Source of the DNA: Candidatus Binataceae bacterium
GTDB lineage: Bacteria > Desulfobacterota > Binatia > Binatales > Binataceae
NCBI GenBank assembly: GCA_050736455.1
Contig: JBOHWF010000007.1
Coordinates: 1 to 36,081, forward strand
Length of the DNA: 36,081 nt
Reading direction: 5' to 3'
The notes below the pieces were generated by a model, which saw nothing but the letters and a program-made list of their open reading frames with translations, did not search any database and was not told the origin of the DNA. Both the position numbers and the translations under genes were made by a program. This document shows positions 1 to 8,610 of this stretch, piece after piece (the first letter of the stretch is position 1; every line of letters begins with the position of its first letter).

Positions 1-1507
1 TCTCCTCACGGACGAGGTCGGACTCGCGCGCGAGCCGCTCGAGCAGCGCGCGGAAGGCGCGCGGCGCGACTTCGTATGGCAGCCGCGTCCGCATCGCCTC
101 CATCTCCAAGCCCGCAGCAAGGGGCTCGTCGCGATGATGGCGGGTCAGGGCGTCAAGCGCTGCGCGTTTGAGCTCGTTCCATTTGAGCGCGGTGGTGAAA
201 CCCTCTTCGTCGCCGAGCGAAAGGCGAATAAAGCACGAATCCTTGAGCGTCTCCACAATCTCCGCCACCGGCGCGTTGAAGAGTTGCGCGAGATTTGAGG
301 CTGTCAGCGCGAGTCGCTCCTGCAGATTGAGCATCGCTTCGACCGCGCTCGCGCCCCAGTCTTCACCCAGCGCGTTCAGATTGCTGAGATAGGCATCGAG
401 CGGCCGGCGCGATCGCCTGCCGAGCGGGTTGAGCACCACGCCGCCGCCGATGGTCCGCACGTTGGTCTCATCGCGTACGACGAAGCGATCGCCCGCAAGC
501 GCGACCACCGGATCGTCGAGCACAATCTGCACCAACGCCCGCTGCTTGGGTGGGATCTCGGCGGGTTCGCCGAGAACTATCACGCGGCCGATCGTCTCGG
601 CGGCGCCGAGAAAGAACCGCACCCGCTGATTGTGCTTGAGCGCGCGCTTCGCCGCCGGACGCACTTCGAGCCGGGCGTCGATTCGGGTGGTAGTGAGCTC
701 GAGACGCTCGTCAGCCAGCACGTCGCCGCGCATAAGCTCGAGCTTTTCCGCGCCGCTCAAGTTGAGCGCGACGCGCTGGCTCAGCCCGGCGCTCTCGACC
801 GCCTCGCCGTGCACCTGGATCGCGCGCACGCGGACCTCGCCGCCGACCGGCAGCACGCGCATCTTCTGGCCGAGCCGCACTTCGGCGCCCATCGCGGTGC
901 CGGTGACGACCACCCCGTGGCCCTTCATCACAAAAGCCCGATCGAGCGGGAGACGAAACAGGCCGGTCGCGCGGCGCGCCTGAAAGCCCTCGAGCTGCCG
1001 CTCAATCTCGTCGCGCAACTCCTGGAGACCCTGCCCCTTCAATGCGGATATCGGAATAATCGGCGAGCCTTCGAGGCAGGTGCCATCGGCGAGAATCTCG
1101 ATCTCTTCGCGGACCTCGCGAATCCGCGCGAGGTCCGCAAGATCGGCCTTGGTGATCAAGAAGATGCCGCGTGCGACGCCGAGCAGATGCAGGATGTCGA
1201 GATGCTCCTCGCTCTGCGGCATGATCCCGTCGTCAGCGGCGACCGTAAACAGCACCAGGTCGATCCCGTGCGCGCCGGCCAGCATGTTGCGGATGAAGCG
1301 CTCGTGGCCCGGGACGTCGATCACGCCGGCTCGCGTGCCGTCGGTCAGCGTGAAGTAGGCAAACCCGAGGTCGATCGAGATGCCGCGCTCTTTTTCTTCC
1401 TTGAGCCGGTCGGTGTCGTGACCGGTCAGCGCTTTGATCAGCGCAGTTTTGCCGTGATCGATATGGCCCGCGGTGCCGATCACGGCATGAGCGACTTGAG
1501 GTCTCAT
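1..1507 (-). CDS. selB: Selenocysteine-specific translation elongation factor SelB (N-terminal ~500 aa; the C-terminal end runs off the left edge)
   Basis: It is absent from the ORF track because it is open to the window edge. The reverse complement from 1507 reads ATG AGA CCT CAA GTC GCT CAT GCC GTG ATC GGC ACC GCG GGC CAT ATC GAT CAC GGC AAA ACT GCG, giving MRPQVAHAVIGTAGHIDHGKTALIKALTGHDTDRLKEEKERGISIDLGFAY. That is the GTPase G1 motif AGHIDHGKT followed by the DRL-EEK-RG-x-IDLG-x-AY block, which is typical of SelB rather than EF-Tu. The + strand ORFs at 429..1561 are antisense shadows of this gene. Confidence 0.88.
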   Translation of the reverse strand, partial: MRPQVAHAVIGTAGHIDHGKTALIKALTGHDTDRLKEEKERGISIDLGFAYFTLTDGTRAGVIDVPGHERFIRNMLAGAHGIDLVLFTVAADDGIMPQSEEHLDILHLLGVARGIFLITKADLADLARIREVREEIEILADGTCLEGSPIIPISALKGQGLQELRDEIERQLEGFQARRATGLFRLPLDRAFVMKGHGVVVTGTAMGAEVRLGQKMRVLPVGGEVRVRAIQVHGEAVESAGLSQRVALNLSGAEKLELMRGDVLADERLELTTTRIDARLEVRPAAKRALKHNQRVRFFLGAAETIGRVIVLGEPAEIPPKQRALVQIVLDDPVVALAGDRFVVRDETNVRTIGGGVVLNPLGRRSRRPLDAYLSNLNALGEDWGASAVEAMLNLQERLALTASNLAQLFNAPVAEIVETLKDSCFIRLSLGDEEGFTTALKWNELKRAALDALTRHHRDEPLAAGLEMEAMRTRLPYEVAPRAFRALLERLARESDLVREE

Positions 1508-1520
1508 AATCCGAGGCCGA

Positions 1521-1616
1521 CACTAGCGGAGCCGAAGGCCAAGCGAGCAGGCGAGTCTTGACTTGGCCGCGCCTCGCAGACTCGGCCGCCCCCTGGAGCT
1601 GCGTTCAGATTAAGTC
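1521..1616. repeat. Intergenic repeat element, copy 1 (~96 nt; same + strand orientation as copy 2 at 23015..23120)
   Basis: The core at 1541..1603, AAGCGAGCAGGCGAGTCTTGACTTGGCCGCGCCTCGCAGACTCGGCCGCCCCCTGGAGCTGCG, aligns by hand to 23040..23104 at about 56 of 65 columns. Both copies begin CACTAGCG and end AAGTC. Internal inverted repeats are GGCCAAG (1537-1543) with CTTGGCC (1562-1568), and CGAGTCT (1552-1558) with AGACTCG (1578-1584). Confidence 0.6.
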
Positions 1617-1617
1617 G

Positions 1618-1992
1618 TTACTTCATCTGATCAGTGAACATCTTCATGTCGAAGTAATCGCGCCACGCCTTTATTTTGCCGTTGGGGGTGGTCTCGAAGA
1701 CTCCGGCCACTGGCAGGGCCATGCGCTTGCCCTTGACCTCGAAGGAATCGACCCGCTCGTTCATCACCACCCCGCCGACCGTCGCGGTGTGCAGAATCTT
1801 GAACTCGAGCCAGGTCGTGCCTTTCAACAACCCCTCGATCGTCTTGCGGATCGCGGGCTTGCCGGTCGCTAGCGGCAGCGGGATGTTGTGATAGGTCGCG
1901 TCGTCGGTGAAGAAATCCATGATCTGATCGAGATTGAGTCGCGCCCAGGCTTTGCAGAATTCACTGACGATCGCTTCAGCTTCCGATGGCAT
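1618..1992 (-). CDS. SnoaL / limonene-1,2-epoxide hydrolase-like NTF2-fold protein (124 aa)
   Basis: It has an ATG start preceded by GGAGGAAGG (reverse complement of 1997-2005). The size and sequence pattern (EFCKAWARLNLDQIMDFFTDDATYHNIPL ... GKIKAWRDYFD) fit the NTF2-like SnoaL/LEH superfamily. Confidence 0.72.
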   Translation of the reverse strand: MPSEAEAIVSEFCKAWARLNLDQIMDFFTDDATYHNIPLPLATGKPAIRKTIEGLLKGTTWLEFKILHTATVGGVVMNERVDSFEVKGKRMALPVAGVFETTPNGKIKAWRDYFDMKMFTDQMK

Positions 1993-2021
1993 GTTCCTTC
2001 CTCCAATTCTGAGTTGGCCGC

Positions 2022-2513
2022 TTATTCCTGATCGAGATAGAAGCGGTCTTCGTCCTTGTTATAGCCGAAAAGCTCGGCAAAGCGACCCCAATTGACGATG
2101 GTATCGAACATTTTCCCCGGCGGCTCCTTCGGCAGCAGCATCGCCAGATGCTCGAGCACGACCTCCTTGCTCATCGCGCGATCTTCCTGGCCGTGCAGCA
2201 GGCGGATTAGATAACTGAACAAGCCGTGTTGCTTAAGCTGTTCGCGGATGATCAGCTTGCGGCCATTCATATCGCTGGCGAGGAACTGCCGGCCCAGGGG
2301 CTCGAGCACGACATCGCCGCTCGGCGTTGCGACCAGACCGAGGATCTCGGCCGCTTTCATCACTTTGAGCAGATCGCCGAACTTGAACTGCAGGTCGCGC
2401 GCGATTTTGTAGCCGTCGTCGCGGCCGCCGCGATCTTCGAGCGTCTCGAGCAAGCCGAAGACCCAGGTCAGCGAGCAGTCCGGAATGGGATTAATCCCGG
2501 CCGTGGGCGGCAT
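2022..2513 (-). CDS. Stand-alone AAA-associated domain protein (the domain usually fused to the C-terminus of NitT/TauT-type ABC ATPases)
   Basis: This is a 163-aa ORF. Its ATG shares one nucleotide with the TGA stop of the upstream ATPase gene (TGATG at 2511-2515, minus strand). The sequence GLLETLEDRGGRDDGYKIARDLQFKFGDLLKVMKAAEILGLV...GRQFL...LFSYLIRLL matches my recollection of the PF09821-type domain. Confidence 0.72.
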   Translation of the reverse strand: MPPTAGINPIPDCSLTWVFGLLETLEDRGGRDDGYKIARDLQFKFGDLLKVMKAAEILGLVATPSGDVVLEPLGRQFLASDMNGRKLIIREQLKQHGLFSYLIRLLHGQEDRAMSKEVVLEHLAMLLPKEPPGKMFDTIVNWGRFAELFGYNKDEDRFYLDQE

Positions 2514-3271
2514 CAGGAGCGCTCCTCGATAAGCGAGAAGACCTTGTCGGTCAGCGTATTGAACTCCTCCTTGCGCCGATCGCGCGGCCGCGGCAGGGTG
2601 ACCGGCAGATCCGCGACCAGGCGCCCGGGATGCGCCGACAGTACCAGGATGCGATCGGCCAGCTCGACCGCCTCTTCGATCGTATGCGTCACCATCATGA
2701 TCGTATGCACCGGCATGTCGCGCGCCTGCCAGAGGTCGAGTAACTCTTCGCGCAGCGTGATCGCCGTCAACGCGTCGAGCGCCGAGAACGGCTCATCCAT
2801 CAGCAACAGCCGCGGCCCTACCGCCAACGCCCGCGCCAGCCCCACGCGCTGCTTCATCCCGCCCGAAAGCTCACGCGGGTAGGCTTCCTCGAAACCGTCG
2901 AGCCCGACCTTATCGATGTACAGGCCGGCGCGTTTCTCACGTTCCGCCAGCGGCACGCCGCGCGCCTCCAAACCCAGCTCGACGTTGGCCTTGACCGACA
3001 GCCACGGCAACAGCGCAAACGATTGGAAGACCAGCGCGCATTCGAGGTTGATGCCATCAACCTGCCGGCCCTGGTAGAGCACCTGCCCCGACGTCGCCGG
3101 CATCAGCCCGTTGACGATGCGCAACATCGTCGATTTGCCGCATCCCGACGGCCCCACCACCGCGACGAACTGGCCTTCGGCGATGGTGAAAGAAATGTCC
3201 TCGAGCACCGGCAGGCTGCCGTTGCCATGCGCGAAACTCTTGGCGACGTGCTTGAGCTCGAGCAGCGCCAT
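2513..3271 (-). CDS. ABC transporter ATP-binding protein, NitT/TauT (nitrate/sulfonate/taurine) family
   Basis: Walker A is GPSGCGKST, the ABC signature is LSGGMKQRVGLARAL, Walker B is LLLMDEPFSALD, and the H-loop is VTHTIEEA. Confidence 0.93.
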   Translation of the reverse strand: MALLELKHVAKSFAHGNGSLPVLEDISFTIAEGQFVAVVGPSGCGKSTMLRIVNGLMPATSGQVLYQGRQVDGINLECALVFQSFALLPWLSVKANVELGLEARGVPLAEREKRAGLYIDKVGLDGFEEAYPRELSGGMKQRVGLARALAVGPRLLLMDEPFSALDALTAITLREELLDLWQARDMPVHTIMMVTHTIEEAVELADRILVLSAHPGRLVADLPVTLPRPRDRRKEEFNTLTDKVFSLIEERS

Positions 3272-3316
3272 GGGTCGGGGAAATCCTCGTCACTCATGAG
3301 TGTTTGTTTTGCTCGT

Positions 3317-5041
3317 TCAGTAATCGATTCGATAGCGTTCGGTCGCCAGATCGTACAACCTCCGCCACACCAGCCGGTTCAACAGTATCACGACCAAAAT
3401 CATCGAGAGCAGCGTCAGCAGAATCATCAGCCCGTTGTATTTTTCGTAGGTCGCCACGTCGAGCATCGCACCCAGCCCAAAAACTTTGTGCGTGACGCCG
3501 CGATAGGGAAAGTATTCCGAAAGGATCAGCGCATTCCAACCGCCGCCCCACGCGGTGATGCTGCCGGTCAGTAGCGAGGGCGCAATAGCCGGCAACGTGA
3601 GCTTGCGCCAGCGGGCGACGCGGCCAAGCCCCAGCGATCGGACCGCCTCTTTGAGATCCGCAGGAATCTGGTTGACGCCGCCCAGCAGATTGAAGAGCAA
3701 GTACCACTGCATGCCGGTGAGAATCAGCAGGATCGAAGCCAGGTTCATCCCCCCGGTATAGCGAATCACGACCAGCACGATTAACGGAAACAGCGCCGTC
3801 GCCGGGATCGAGCCGACGATCTCCGCAACCGGCGCGAGCGCGCGTGCGAAACGTTGATTCTCGCTCGCATAAATCGCACACGGAAGCGTCCAGGCCAGTG
3901 AGATCAGATAGGCGATCGTCAGACGAAGCGTCGAAGCCAGCGTCGCCGCTGGAATCTGCGCGGCGGCTGCCGGCCACGGCACGAGTAACGTTCTTACCAG
4001 CGCGATCACGCCGGCGATCACGCCGTACGCCAGCAGCAAAGCGAAGCCCGCCGTCACCGTCAGGCGGATCGTCTGGCCCGCTCGCAGGATTGCCGGATGA
4101 GCCGCCGGATTGAAAGGCGCAGTCGCGCCGCGAGCGTTCCGCAGCAGGCGCGCGACCGGAACGAAGCAGGCGCGAACTCCGCGCAGCAGCGCCGGCCCGA
4201 TCGCCGCCACGGTGTCGAGGCTTCCCAGCGATCGCAGCGGCTCGGGGCTCGCGGCAAATTCGTAGCGGAACTTTTCCGCCCATACCGAGAGCGGCTGCCA
4301 CATCAGAAGATCCATCGCAATGATAATTGCGAGTAGCACGAGCAGCCCGGCCACGATCTCACCCGAGCGCCCCTTGTCCGCCGCGGTAATCAGATAGCTG
4401 CCCAAGCCCGGCAGACGATACGAGGTTGGTCCGGCGGTGATAATTTCGCAGGCGATTAAGTAGTACCATCCCGCCACCCACGACAGGATCGAGTTGTACA
4501 CGAGCTTGGGGATCGCGGCGGGCAGCAACAGCCGCCGGAGCTTGAGCCACGAACTCGCGCCGAACGCGCCGAGCGCTTCCATCGAGTCGTTGGGAATCGT
4601 CCGCACCGACTCGAAGACGCCCAACACCAGATTCCAGGCCATGCTGGTAAAGATCAGGAAGATTGCCGCCAACTCGACGCCGAGCCGCCCCGGCGCGAGC
4701 GCCACGAAAAAAAAGACCGCGGCCGGGAAAAATCCAATCACCGGCACTGATTGCGCGATATCGATAATCGGGATCATGACGCGCTCGCGGGCGCGGCTGC
4801 GGGCGGCCGAGGTTCCGTAGATCAGGGAGAAAATCAACGCGAGCGCATAAGCCGCCAACATGCGATAGAAAGAGCAGAACGCATAGTAAGGCAGTTCGCG
4901 CGCGTGCACCCGCAGTCGCGGCGGATGCAGGGTCGGCTGGTAACGCTGATAGGCGAAAAACAGCGCGATCACTGCGGCGACGGCGATAAACGAAAAGGTC
5001 CCGCCCACCAAGCGCCGCGTCGTGCTCTGCGAATCTGCCAT
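3317..5041 (-). CDS. ABC transporter permease, a fused tandem duplication of a NitT/TauT-type transmembrane domain
   Basis: The ORF is open from 5254, but I place the start at ATG 5041 (MADSQSTTRRLVGGTFSFIAV...). The 71 upstream codons are Pro/Ser/Gln-rich and non-membrane. Two EAA-loop-like segments (EALGAFGASSWLKLRRLLLPAAIP and EAVRSLGLGRVARWRKLTLPAIAP) mark the two permease halves, and hydrophobic spans run throughout. Confidence 0.85.
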   Translation of the reverse strand: MADSQSTTRRLVGGTFSFIAVAAVIALFFAYQRYQPTLHPPRLRVHARELPYYAFCSFYRMLAAYALALIFSLIYGTSAARSRARERVMIPIIDIAQSVPVIGFFPAAVFFFVALAPGRLGVELAAIFLIFTSMAWNLVLGVFESVRTIPNDSMEALGAFGASSWLKLRRLLLPAAIPKLVYNSILSWVAGWYYLIACEIITAGPTSYRLPGLGSYLITAADKGRSGEIVAGLLVLLAIIIAMDLLMWQPLSVWAEKFRYEFAASPEPLRSLGSLDTVAAIGPALLRGVRACFVPVARLLRNARGATAPFNPAAHPAILRAGQTIRLTVTAGFALLLAYGVIAGVIALVRTLLVPWPAAAAQIPAATLASTLRLTIAYLISLAWTLPCAIYASENQRFARALAPVAEIVGSIPATALFPLIVLVVIRYTGGMNLASILLILTGMQWYLLFNLLGGVNQIPADLKEAVRSLGLGRVARWRKLTLPAIAPSLLTGSITAWGGGWNALILSEYFPYRGVTHKVFGLGAMLDVATYEKYNGLMILLTLLSMILVVILLNRLVWRRLYDLATERYRIDY

Positions 5042-5199
5042 CGTCCAGTCCTTAAGGATTGGCCAGAATAGCCCGCCGGGATACTGGTTTGGAACCGCGC
5101 GCGTTACGGCAGCGTTAAGGTGCGCAGCGCGACCCTGCGGCTTGTGCGAACGTGTCGAGCTTTGCGAGGATGGGCCGTCTTCTGAAGGAGGAACTGACA

Positions 5200-6423
5200 A
5201 TGGCTGCTGCGATGGAGCATGTTCTGACGGGAATCCGGGCGCTCGACCTGTCACGCGCGCTGGCGGGTCCGAGTTGCACGCGGATGCTCGCCGAAATGGG
5301 CGCCGAGGTTATCAAGATCGAACCGGCGCCCAGCGGCGATTTCGTGCGTGGCATGTCCAAGCTGCGCGGCAACGATCGGAGCCTCTACTATATCCAGCAG
5401 AACCTCGGCAAAAAGAGCGTTTGCCTGAATCTGCGCGATCCGCGCGCGATGGCGATCGTCACCGCACTCGTTCCCAAGGTCGATGTGGTGGTCGAGAACT
5501 TCAAGCCCGGCACGATGGCCGAAATGGGACTGGGTTACGAGCGGCTGCGCGAGATGCGCAAGGACATCATCTTGTGCTCGATCTCCGCGCTCGGGCAATC
5601 CGGCCCGCTCGCGAAACTACCCGGCTACGACTTCATCGCGCAGGCCTACTCCGGCGTCACTTCGATGATCGGCGAGGCCGGCGGCACCCCCTACATTCCG
5701 CTGGTCGCGGTCGGCGACGTTAACACCGGCGTGCACGGCGCGCTCGCGATCCTTGCCGCGCTGCGTTACCGCGATCGTACCGGCAAAGGGCAGCATCTCG
5801 ACGTTGGCCTGCTCGACGTCTATTACCACTGCCACGAAGTCAGCGTGCATCAGTACAGCGGCAGCAACGGCCAGCTCAAGCCGTCGCGCCAGGGGCCCCA
5901 TCTCAACTACGTCGCGCCAGCGGGAGTCTTTAAGGCCAACGGCGGATGGGTCGTGATCATGGCCTTCCTCCATCACTGGAAGGATTTGTGCAAAGCGATG
6001 AACCGCCCCGAACTCGTGGACGACGCGAAACTCGGCACCGACGTCGGGCGGCTGGCGAATCGCGCCGAGCTGATCAGGTTGATCGAGGATTGGCTCGCGA
6101 CCTTCCCGGATCGCGACAGCGCCGTAACCCATATGCAGAAGAACGCGGTGCCGGCGGCACCGGTGCTCTCGATCGAGGAGACCATCAGCCATCCGCATCA
6201 TCGCGCGCGTGGCACCGTCCGCACGATCGAAGATCGCTTCGCCGGTAAATTCGAGATCCCCGGAATGCCGCTGCGGTTCTCCGAGTTTCCCAAGGACCTC
6301 CCGCTCGAAGCCGCAACGCTCGGCCAGCACAACGGCGAAGTGCTGCGCGATCTGCTCGGCCGAAGCGACCAGGAGATCGAGGACCTGCGCGCGGCGAAGG
6401 TGCTGATCGAGGGCAAGTACTAG
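5200..6423 (+). CDS. Family III CoA-transferase (CaiB/BaiF/Frc family)
   Basis: The start is ATG 5200, preceded by GAAGGAGG at 5184-5191. The N-terminal block LTGIRALDLSRALAGPSCTRMLAEMGAEVIKIEP and the GDVNTG region are typical of the family. The track start at 5152 is probably too long. Confidence 0.9.
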   Translation: MAAAMEHVLTGIRALDLSRALAGPSCTRMLAEMGAEVIKIEPAPSGDFVRGMSKLRGNDRSLYYIQQNLGKKSVCLNLRDPRAMAIVTALVPKVDVVVENFKPGTMAEMGLGYERLREMRKDIILCSISALGQSGPLAKLPGYDFIAQAYSGVTSMIGEAGGTPYIPLVAVGDVNTGVHGALAILAALRYRDRTGKGQHLDVGLLDVYYHCHEVSVHQYSGSNGQLKPSRQGPHLNYVAPAGVFKANGGWVVIMAFLHHWKDLCKAMNRPELVDDAKLGTDVGRLANRAELIRLIEDWLATFPDRDSAVTHMQKNAVPAAPVLSIEETISHPHHRARGTVRTIEDRFAGKFEIPGMPLRFSEFPKDLPLEAATLGQHNGEVLRDLLGRSDQEIEDLRAAKVLIEGKY

Positions 6424-6441
6424 TTCAGAGTCAAACTGAGT

Positions 6442-8610
6442 ATGCGTCGGCTATGTTCGAGGACTCTCATTATAGCCTTTGCGTTAGCGATCAGATGTCC
6501 AGCGTACGCTCAGCAGACTCCGCGGTCTCCGGCGTCATCCCCCCCGCCATTGCCAAATACCGTCACCTTGCCACCGATGGAGATCGTCACCACGCCGACT
6601 CGACTGGGAATGCCGGTGAGAGAGGAGAGTTCTGACACCGTCCTCGTAACGCAAGGCGACATCCAAGCGAGCGGTCAGCCGGTACTCGATGACGCTTTGC
6701 GTCCGATTCCCGGCTTCAATACCTTCCGACGGTCCAGCAGCATCGTAACTGCGCCGGCGGATGATCCCGAGGCTCAGGGCGTCACTCTGCGAGGCGTCGG
6801 CCCTGGCGGAGCAAGCCGGGCACTGGTCTTGTATGATGGGGTTCCAATTAACGATGCTTTTGGCGGGTGGATCTATTGGGATGAAATCCCGCTGGCCAAC
6901 CTGGAACAAATCGAAATCGTCAATGGCGCGGTTCCAATCTGGGGCAGCGGCGCCGAAGGCGGAGTTATCAATCTCATCCCTCAACACACAAGCGGAAGCG
7001 GCGCTCAAATGGGCGCCTATTATGGTACCCGCAATACGCTGGGAGATTCGATATTAGCTGGTTACGCGGCCGGAAAGTTCCAACTCGAATTCGACAACGA
7101 AACCTTTAACACAAGCGGATACGACATTGTCGCTCCTGCGTATCGCGGCCCGATAGACCATAATTCGAGCTCCTTTCATGCCTTGAACGGCGGGCGCATT
7201 CAGTTCAAGCCAAACGGCGAGCTGACGCTGTTTATCGGAGGACACTATTACGAAGAGAATCGCGATTTGGGGACGCCATTTAGACAGGGCAGCGCAAACC
7301 GCTATTTCATGGACGGCGGCGGAACATGGTTGACTAACGCCGGCCAGTTCAGTCTGGTTGCCTACTCACATATATCAAGTCTGGACGAGACCTTTTCATT
7401 GGTGAATCAGGCACGGACGGCCGAAACGCCATTGCAGATCCAGCATGTACCTTCGACAGACGTGGGGGGGACTCTGACTTGGGTGAAAACGATTTTTCCC
7501 CGCGATCAGCTTCTCGCTGGCGGCGATTTTCGGCTGATCGACGGGCAGAGTGACGACAGCTACTACAACGCCTCAGGTTCGTCTGTGAATGATCGCAAAG
7601 CGAGTTCCGGCCGGGAGAATTTTTTCGGCGCTTTCATCGAGGACGTTTATCGTCCGGGAGAGAATCTGGAAGCTGATTTCTCCGTACGCACTGACTTGTT
7701 CCAAAATCTGGCGGGTCAGATCAAAGACAGCCCGGCTGGGGGGAATATCGCCGTAACGAACTTCCCCGATCGCACGCGTACGGCGACCAGTCCGAAAATC
7801 GGGCTGCGCTACGACTCGTTGCGCTGGCTGACAATTCGTAGCGGCCTCTATCAAGCCTTCCGGGCTCCGACACTGGCAGAACTCTATCGTCAATCCTCGG
7901 TGGAAAGTCTGGTGCTGCTGCCGAATCCCAAGCTCAGTCCCGAGTTCCTGGAGGGCGGCGAGACTGGGATAGAGCTGCAACCGCTCGCGGGCATAACCTT
8001 GGGCGTAACCGGCTACTGGGACATTCTGCATAAGCCGATTGCTAACATTGTCACTGCGGTCGACCCGGCCACCGGCGCCGACGCGCGGCGCACGCGCGAG
8101 AATTTAGGCAAGGCCGAGATTCGTGGCTACGAAGTCGATTTCGATTATCATTCACACGAACTGAACTGGGGTCGATGGGCTAGATACAATCCCGATCTCG
8201 ATCTAACCGTCGATTATTTGAGGTCCGAAGCGAAATTGGCCTACAACCCGCCGGACGCCACGCTGGAGGGGCGGCGGCTTGCCCTGGTGCCCTGGAATAC
8301 CGGGACGGGCCAGTTAACCTACGCGGATGATCTGTTGGGTAAGACTAGTGTACAAATCGCGTATCAGGGAATGCAGTGGGAGGATTCCGACAATCACGAC
8401 CGCCAACCAGCTTATTGGTTGGTGAATTTCACCTGGTCCCATCCACTGCTCCGCCTTGCTCAGTTGCGACAACTGGAAGACGCAAACATCTACTTAAAGA
8501 TTCAAAATATCCTGAACCATTCCTATGTGATCGATTTGGGCGGAGGGATTCCCAAGCTTGGGACGCCGTTTATGCTCCAAGCCGGGCTGCTGGCGCCGAT
8601 TCAATTTTAA
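6442..8610 (+). CDS. TonB-dependent outer-membrane receptor
   Basis: The signal peptide is MRRLCSRTLIIAFALAIRCPAYAQQ and there is a TonB-box-like PMEIVTTP. Plug-domain blocks are VTLRGVGPGGASRALVLYDGVPIND and IEIVNGAVPIWGSGAEGGVINLI. A long beta-barrel-like region rich in Y/N/G/T/D follows, ending in a C-terminal aromatic residue (...APIQF). Confidence 0.9.
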   Translation: MRRLCSRTLIIAFALAIRCPAYAQQTPRSPASSPPPLPNTVTLPPMEIVTTPTRLGMPVREESSDTVLVTQGDIQASGQPVLDDALRPIPGFNTFRRSSSIVTAPADDPEAQGVTLRGVGPGGASRALVLYDGVPINDAFGGWIYWDEIPLANLEQIEIVNGAVPIWGSGAEGGVINLIPQHTSGSGAQMGAYYGTRNTLGDSILAGYAAGKFQLEFDNETFNTSGYDIVAPAYRGPIDHNSSSFHALNGGRIQFKPNGELTLFIGGHYYEENRDLGTPFRQGSANRYFMDGGGTWLTNAGQFSLVAYSHISSLDETFSLVNQARTAETPLQIQHVPSTDVGGTLTWVKTIFPRDQLLAGGDFRLIDGQSDDSYYNASGSSVNDRKASSGRENFFGAFIEDVYRPGENLEADFSVRTDLFQNLAGQIKDSPAGGNIAVTNFPDRTRTATSPKIGLRYDSLRWLTIRSGLYQAFRAPTLAELYRQSSVESLVLLPNPKLSPEFLEGGETGIELQPLAGITLGVTGYWDILHKPIANIVTAVDPATGADARRTRENLGKAEIRGYEVDFDYHSHELNWGRWARYNPDLDLTVDYLRSEAKLAYNPPDATLEGRRLALVPWNTGTGQLTYADDLLGKTSVQIAYQGMQWEDSDNHDRQPAYWLVNFTWSHPLLRLAQLRQLEDANIYLKIQNILNHSYVIDLGGGIPKLGTPFMLQAGLLAPIQF

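Noticed and set aside
429-1561. The + strand ORFs at 429..629, 630..983, 632..1561 and 1080..1358.
   Set aside because: They are antisense to selB, whose minus-strand translation has the GTPase G1 motif and the SelB-specific block. Their translations are Arg/Ser/Ala-rich.
1521-1616. The idea that the repeat next to selB is tRNA-Sec (selC) or a SECIS-like SelB autoregulatory hairpin.
   Set aside because: It has no acceptor-stem pairing, no T-loop (GTTCRA) and no U-preceded UCA anticodon loop on either strand. The second copy lies next to unrelated genes, and the orientation relative to flanking genes is inconsistent.
5042-5254. A 71-codon N-terminal extension of the permease ORF (MTGRAPGFPSEHAPSQQPL...).
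   Set aside because: It is non-membrane, Pro/Ser/Gln-rich, overlaps the start of the divergent CoA-transferase gene and would leave no promoter space. The internal ATG at 5041 starts just before the first TM span.
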